Source: Octopus sinensis | Taxonomy: Eukaryota | Length of the DNA: 15,044 nucleotides | NCBI RefSeq assembly: GCF_006345805.1 | Contig: NW_021825398.1 | Location: 1-15,044 of the forward strand | Reading direction: 5' to 3' | Shown: one piece after another, positions 10,081 through 15,044 of the stretch | Position numbering within the stretch: position 1 is the first letter of the stretch | How the letters are laid out: each line of letters opens with the position of its first letter | Made by a program: the position numbers and the translations under genes | The notes under the pieces: generated by a model | Told to the model about the DNA's origin: nothing | The model's input: only the letters and a program-made list of their open reading frames with translations | Databases searched by the model: none

Positions 10081-10144
10081 AGCATCAAATAAAGCTGGTC
10101 TGACTCTCTGGTAACATGTAAAGTCCGGGTAAGTCACTTGATCT

Positions 10145-10172
10145 CTGAAATAGAGGTCAAAAAAGAAAAATT
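10145..10172 (-). promoter_or_regulatory. 3' splice acceptor upstream of the GPCR coding exon
   Basis: Minus strand reads taatttttctttttgacctctatttcAG|agatcaag: a pyrimidine tract plus CAG ending at 10145, 64 nt upstream of the ATG. This implies a non-coding 5' exon further right. Confidence 0.65.
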
Positions 10173-10262
10173 AATTTCAGCATTAATTGCATCATATTTA
10201 CAACTCTGAAAATAAGAATAATGTTCTCGAAAAAGGTAAGGATCGGGATAAACTGAAATACC

Positions 10263-10479
10263 TATTTCTTTACTACCCACAAGGGGCTAAACACAGAGAG
10301 GACATACAAACGGATTAAATCGATTATATCGACCCCAGTGCGTAACTGGTACTTAACCAACCTCGAAAGGATGAAAGGCAAAGTCAACCTCGGCGGAATT
10401 TGAATTCAGAACGTAACGGCAGACGAAATACGGCTACGCATTTCGCCCGGCGTGCTAACGTATCTGCCAGCTCACCGCC
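10263..10479 (-). mobile_element. tRNA-derived SINE, apparently full length (octopus-type)
   Basis: Minus strand: ggcggtgagcTGGCAGATACG (A-box-like) ... gttctgaaTTCAAATTCC (B-box-like) ... gttgactttgcctttcatcctttcgagg...aagtaccag central domain ... aaagaaatagg tail. The head and central domain are clearly homologous to the SINE at 14832-15044. No target-site duplication is visible. Confidence 0.88.
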
Positions 10480-10727
10480 TTTAACGGTTTAACGTTTACC
10501 ATTTAACAGTTTCAAATTTGTATTTTCAAACCCGCGCTCAAAAGCATTCATATTTGCACATATATGATTTCAATCATTCAAGCAAGAGCAACTCGCGACA
10601 TATTCTGTTGCTATTAATACTCCTCCACATACACTTTAATGCACTTGGTGAAACATTTATGATACACCAAATAAATAATTTTACAACATTGAAAACCCTA
10701 CGTGTGAGTTAACAAATCTGAGAATAG

Positions 10728-10958
10728 AAATTGTTGAGCGAATGTACGCAAGAATAATATCTGCCAGCTCAACAATGGCCACTGTATTAAAAAAAAACAA
10801 CATACAACAGCTATTTAATAGAATTATGCTGAAAGAAAAACATTAGTAATCAACCCTCGTTTATTATGCTGTGAATTGTAAATGCAAAATTACGAAAGAT
10901 TAAACGCAAAATCGTAATACTGAAAACAAAGAGAAAAAAAATCAACCATTACAGAAGG
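10728..10958. repeat. Diverged direct repeat, copy 1
   Basis: Shares collinear blocks with 11204-11494: agctcaacaatggccactg (19/19), aatagaattat, tgtgaattgtaaat (14/14), tacgaaaga and aaaaaaatca. Confidence 0.8.
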
Positions 10959-11151
10959 AAGCGGTTTGGTTTCCACCAGTTCTTACTTATGTTACACTCT
11001 ACTGCCGTCAGGTCAAACTGCGTATGTTCTAACGCAAGTTTGTATGCATACATGGATAGTGAAGACAATAAACAAATCAAAAAGGAATGAGAGAAGGTTG
11101 CATTTTTAAGGTGATATGTCACATTACGATTTAACGAAGGCCTTATTTAAA

Positions 11152-11180
11152 CGCACGCACACACACACACATACATACAT
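11152..11180. repeat. (CA)n/(CATA)n microsatellite
   Basis: cacgcacacacacacacatacatacata run. Confidence 0.85.
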
Positions 11181-11203
11181 ATGGATATGTGTGTGAGTGT
11201 AAT

Positions 11204-11494
11204 AAATTGCTGAGAGAATGTACACAATGACGACATCTGCAAGCTCAACAATGGCCACTGGTTTTGGAGAAGCAAATCAACAGCCATTGAATAGAATTAT
11301 CCGTTCAGCAAAGGAGAATATTAATCAATTCACGTTTAAACTGTTGTGAATTGTAAATTGAATCTACGAAAGAATAAATGCGAAAATCATGATTTTGAAC
11401 ATATGAACTTTCCTGCAAAAATGCGAATGAAAATATTTTGTTTTTTCTGGATTTTTTTCCGAACTAAAAGAAAAAAATCACCATCTATGAAAGG
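11204..11494. repeat. Diverged direct repeat, copy 2
   Basis: Offset of 476 bp from copy 1 at the 5' anchors (10767 vs 11243), with an insertion of roughly 55 bp near its 3' end. Confidence 0.8.
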
Positions 11495-12719
11495 CAAAAA
11501 AGGAATACTCTACAACAATTCTAAATCTGAAAGTAAACTTGCAAAAAGACAACACTAATATCAACTTGTGCTACATGGATTAACCTCTCTAAAAGACAGA
11601 GTTTGAAATATTCAGCGTCAAAAGTGTCTACATACATACACACTAATAAAATTTCCTTCTATTCTACATTTTTTGAAATTTAGTTTTTCAAATAATTATT
11701 TTACAGGTGTTTTTTACAAAGATTGTGAGTGCACCAAGGATATTAGCTGAAACTTTTAAATATATATATCGTTGTTATTATGTTAAACTGTCGTATGTCC
11801 AAATTTGACCAAATGCGTTTTTGCAATATATAATTTTGCTTGCAATAGTCAGTTCTTTTGGTCAAACTGTCGTATCTTCAGCTGCTTCAGATGCCAAGAT
11901 ACGAAAATTGTTATGGTGTAGTACCACGGTTTAGCATTTTTCAAAAGTGTAGTAAGTCACACATACAACAATCTTGCAAACGTATTTCTGACTGAAGATA
12001 TCATTCATGCTTGGAGTTACGATTTTATGCACACAACAAAGTATGATTGTTAAGCTGAAACTGTTGCTGATGGAAAAACAATTGGAATAGTGTTTCTGAA
12101 TAAGCAACGTTTTGAACTTACGACACTTATGCATAATACCAATGATATGCATTTGTATAGCGAATTTGAAAATCCTCGTAACTGAAATTCACAGGCGAAG
12201 AACTAATTCTCCTTTTCGTGATATCACATTCACAGAATGTTATCTACAACTAATTCGAAGATGTGTGGACTATTAACCAATGTTAATGTAAAGTTAGTAT
12301 CTGCGCACATGTATAAGAAGATTTACACGCCACATAACTAGCCACGCTCTTACAAATAAGATAAACTAGATTTATTATATAATCTCCTTTTAACGTGCGT
12401 GATTCAACTAACAAGTTTACTGAATTATGTGGAATTGTAGAAACTTAAGGAATTACTTGATCAGTTGTTTAGCCACATACAATACAAACTATATTATGCT
12501 TGCTGAATATGTACGTCTAGCAAATAACCTCCCCAAAAACAAATGTGTGGCTCAGTATAGCCAGACTGACTGCTAAGGAATAGGACGGTGTGGACGAAAG
12601 TTAGAAAATCTCAGTGGAAGAATGGTGGTGAAGATCATGTACTTAGTTATTTTGCTACACACTCGCACACAAAACCGTACATATATTTTTTTTCTGTTAT
12701 TCGTATAAAATCGCCGCCT

Positions 12720-13985
12720 ACATTTACTTTGTGCAGGTTCCTCAGGCTCTTTGGGAGAATATTAAAAAGCTGTGGGCACTTGAAACCAAGGCTGTTGCAG
12801 TAACTGGTCCTGAAGCACGATGGCGTTGCTGGGATCTTTGGCACTATGCAGTGTCGTCCCGTTCTGGCATTGGTGTAGCTTTCAATGCCAAAATTTGACA
12901 CAATTCCTTCCAGGACCTTCCACATGTATATTACTGCATATCCCTCCCGCCTTTTCTCCAAGGAATAAAGTCTTAGCTGCTTCAGTTTTTCCCAGTAGCT
13001 GAGTCGTTGCAAAGAGACGATCTTCTTTGTGAATCTTCTCTGGATTGCTTCACGGTCCGCTCTTAATTTCACACTGGTGGATGACCATAGTTGGGGGCAG
13101 TAATCCTGGCGGCTGAGGACAAATGTCCGCCAGAGGACCATTATGGTTTCCTTCACTCTGGTTCTCAACGTTCTCAGGATCCATCCAGCCAGTCGTCTGC
13201 ACTTTGTCGCCATCCTGGTAATATGCACTTGAAAATAAGTATCATTACTCATGTCTATACCCAGGTCCCTCACTGATTTAGGCTCTGGGATTGAAATTCC
13301 TTGTGGACCGGTGTACCCTGTGAGTTTCATATCCAGTTATGGTCGCTGGTAGCGCAGAGCTTGGAACTTTTCAGCATTAAACTGCATATTATTATCCTCA
13401 GCCCATCTGTAAATGCCCAACCCCTGCTGCAGATGTGCAACATCGCTGGGGTTCTGTATCTTCTGCTAGACTTTCGTATCCTCTGCGTAGCTTGCAAGGG
13501 TGGCTATCCGGGAACTTGAGGGCATATCTGAGAGGGCCACTATAAAAAGCAGTGGTCCCAAATCAGTGCCTTATGGAACACCGCTCACTATTTGTGTTTT
13601 CATAGATGTGGCTCCATTAGCCACTACTGCCTGACTTCTATCTTTCAGAAAGTTATGCAACCACTCTCCAAGTTTTCCAGCTATGCCGAGATCACGCAGT
13701 TTGTGGCATATCATACCATGATCCACCTTGTGAAAAGCTTTTGCAAAATCAAGGTAGATTACGTCCACATTTGAGTGGTTGAGTAACTGCCTTAACACAT
13801 AGTCATAATGTTGTAAGAGCTGTGTGAGGCAGCTCCGACCTGGTCGAAAGCCATGCTGGGTATCACTCAGCCAGTTATTTTCCTCAAGGAATGCAATGAG
13901 TTTCCCTCTGACTATCCGTTCCATGACTTTGCTGATGTGTCAAGTCAGAGATATAGGCCTATAGTTTTGGCATATTATTCCCTCC
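12720..13985 (-). mobile_element. Non-LTR retrotransposon (CR1-type LINE) reverse transcriptase fragment, pseudogenised
   Basis: One continuous frame: NYRPISLT*HISKVMER..QHGFRPGRSC..YLDFAKAFHKV..SGVP*GTDLGPLLF..YAEDTKV*..W..NNMQFNAEKFQ..P*LDM..DLG..SYWEKL..LYSLEKRR..PQLFNILP. In-frame stops are at 13942-13940, 13573-13571, 13468-13466 and 13339-13337, and catalytic YADD has become YAED. Track ORFs 13571-13924 and 12647-13330 are pieces of this. The clade call rests on C-terminal motif recall. Confidence 0.9.
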
Positions 13986-13999
13986 ATATATATACAAAC

Positions 14000-14034
<35 letters not shown>

Positions 14035-14070
14035 ATATACACACAAACATACATATATATATATATATTA
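13986..14070. repeat. TA/CA compound microsatellite abutting the LINE 5' break
   Basis: Runs of tata and caca directly after ...attccctcc. Confidence 0.9.
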
Positions 14071-14159
14071 TTCAACACAGCCTATTTCGGCTCAAGGTGA
14101 CTTAGTCTCACGGGTCTCTAACAGAGCCCCCCCCTTTTTTAGGCTTAGATCACGGACTC

Positions 14160-14176
14160 TGTGTGTGTGTGTGTGT
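14160..14176. repeat. (TG)8 microsatellite
   Basis: Perfect TG run. Confidence 0.9.
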
Positions 14177-14831
14177 ATCGAATTATGACCTTAGTCTCTG
14201 AAAAAAAAATTTAAATAAGATAATCTGCAACAGTTATGTACGAAAATTTGTGGCGCATTTTAGAGAAAACGGCAGAAAACTATCCATACTTACATAAATA
14301 TTTCTGATTTCTAGAATCTTCACGTGTTAAGGTTTCTTGTTACGCGCTGACGAAATTCATTAAAGTAACCATTTGCTTACGTTTGTATTGTATTATTGAT
14401 TTGTACAACACATGTACAAGATTTGCGATTTCTATCCAACAGCTGTCTATATCTAGGCGTTTTGCCTACAGTACAGAAACCTTTCATTCTATTGTATCTG
14501 ATAAAATAGTTGATTTTTAAAAAGTATATTTGTATTTTCTATTCATGTAGGAAACACTTAGTATTGTGGAAAATAGTAAAGTAGTGGGTGTATATTTCTT
14601 ACATAAGTAGTCATTGTTCGAAAATGAATATCGAATATCTAGTTTTGATGCATATATATATTATGATCAACTTAATCCGGTTTCAATTTTTTTTCGGAGC
14701 TAACTTCCATATCTATATAGCCATTGTACCATTTACATAAGCTAAGGTTTTTGACTACTTTCTGAAATGTATGTTTGTTGCATCCTGTAGAGAGACACCC
14801 CGAAAATTACATCAATATTAGTAGTTGGTCA

Positions 14832-15044
14832 GACGATGAGGGGACAGAACAGTTACTACGCCGGATAAATTATTTAGCGGCACTTTGTCCGTCTTTACAT
14901 TCTGAGTTCAAATTCTGCCGCGGTCGACTTTGCCTTTTATCCTTTCGGGGTCGATATAATAAGTGCCATTTGGACACTGGGATCGATGTCATCGACTTTC
15001 TTGTTCTCCCGAAATTGCTGACCTTGTGCCAATATTGGAGACCA
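14832..15044 (+). mobile_element. Older tRNA-derived SINE (related head and central domain, different tail)
   Basis: A degenerate head (gacgatgagggacagaacagttactacgccgg) is followed by B-box-like ctgaGTTCAAATTCt and the central domain ggtcgactttgccttttatcctttcggggtcgatataataagtgcca. It is homologous to the 10263-10479 element but has a different 3' part (aaattgctgaccttgtgccaa). Confidence 0.85.

Noticed and set aside
10081-10137. 19-aa N-terminal extension from the GTG at 10137
   Set aside because: A GTG start is a prokaryotic-style call; in this eukaryotic context the first in-frame ATG (10080, G at -3) is more plausible.
12588-14035. ORFs in and antisense to the LINE as host genes
   Set aside because: They are segments of one stop-interrupted RT frame, or its antisense shadows.
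14347-14353. CTGACGA on the + strand
   Set aside because: No downstream GAAA-containing core.

Overview
This is a very AT-rich eukaryotic genomic window. The SINE types, Penelope-like elements and huge (TA)n/(TACA)n tracts suggest an octopus or other cephalopod; that assignment is inference, not a database hit. There is one real protein-coding gene: a neuropeptide F/Y-receptor-like class A GPCR on the minus strand (ATG 10080 to stop 8821, 419 aa), with its CDS in one exon preceded by a clear splice acceptor. It carries two unusual substitutions at highly conserved positions, DRY to YRF and TM2 Pro to Ser. The rest is repeats: two decayed Penelope-like (RT + GIY-YIG) fragments joined head-to-head (1-2120), a CR1-type LINE RT fragment with four in-frame stops (~12720-13985), two tRNA-derived SINEs, about 4.5 kb of TA-rich micro/minisatellite, a near-identical ~444-bp tandem duplication and an old ~476-bp-period direct repeat. 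A non-repetitive island at 3720-4110 holds a minus-strand hammerhead-ribozyme core with a palindromic helix III (the Penelope-type architecture), plus a second, more degenerate motif. Most ORFs in the supplied track are microsatellite or transposon artefacts.
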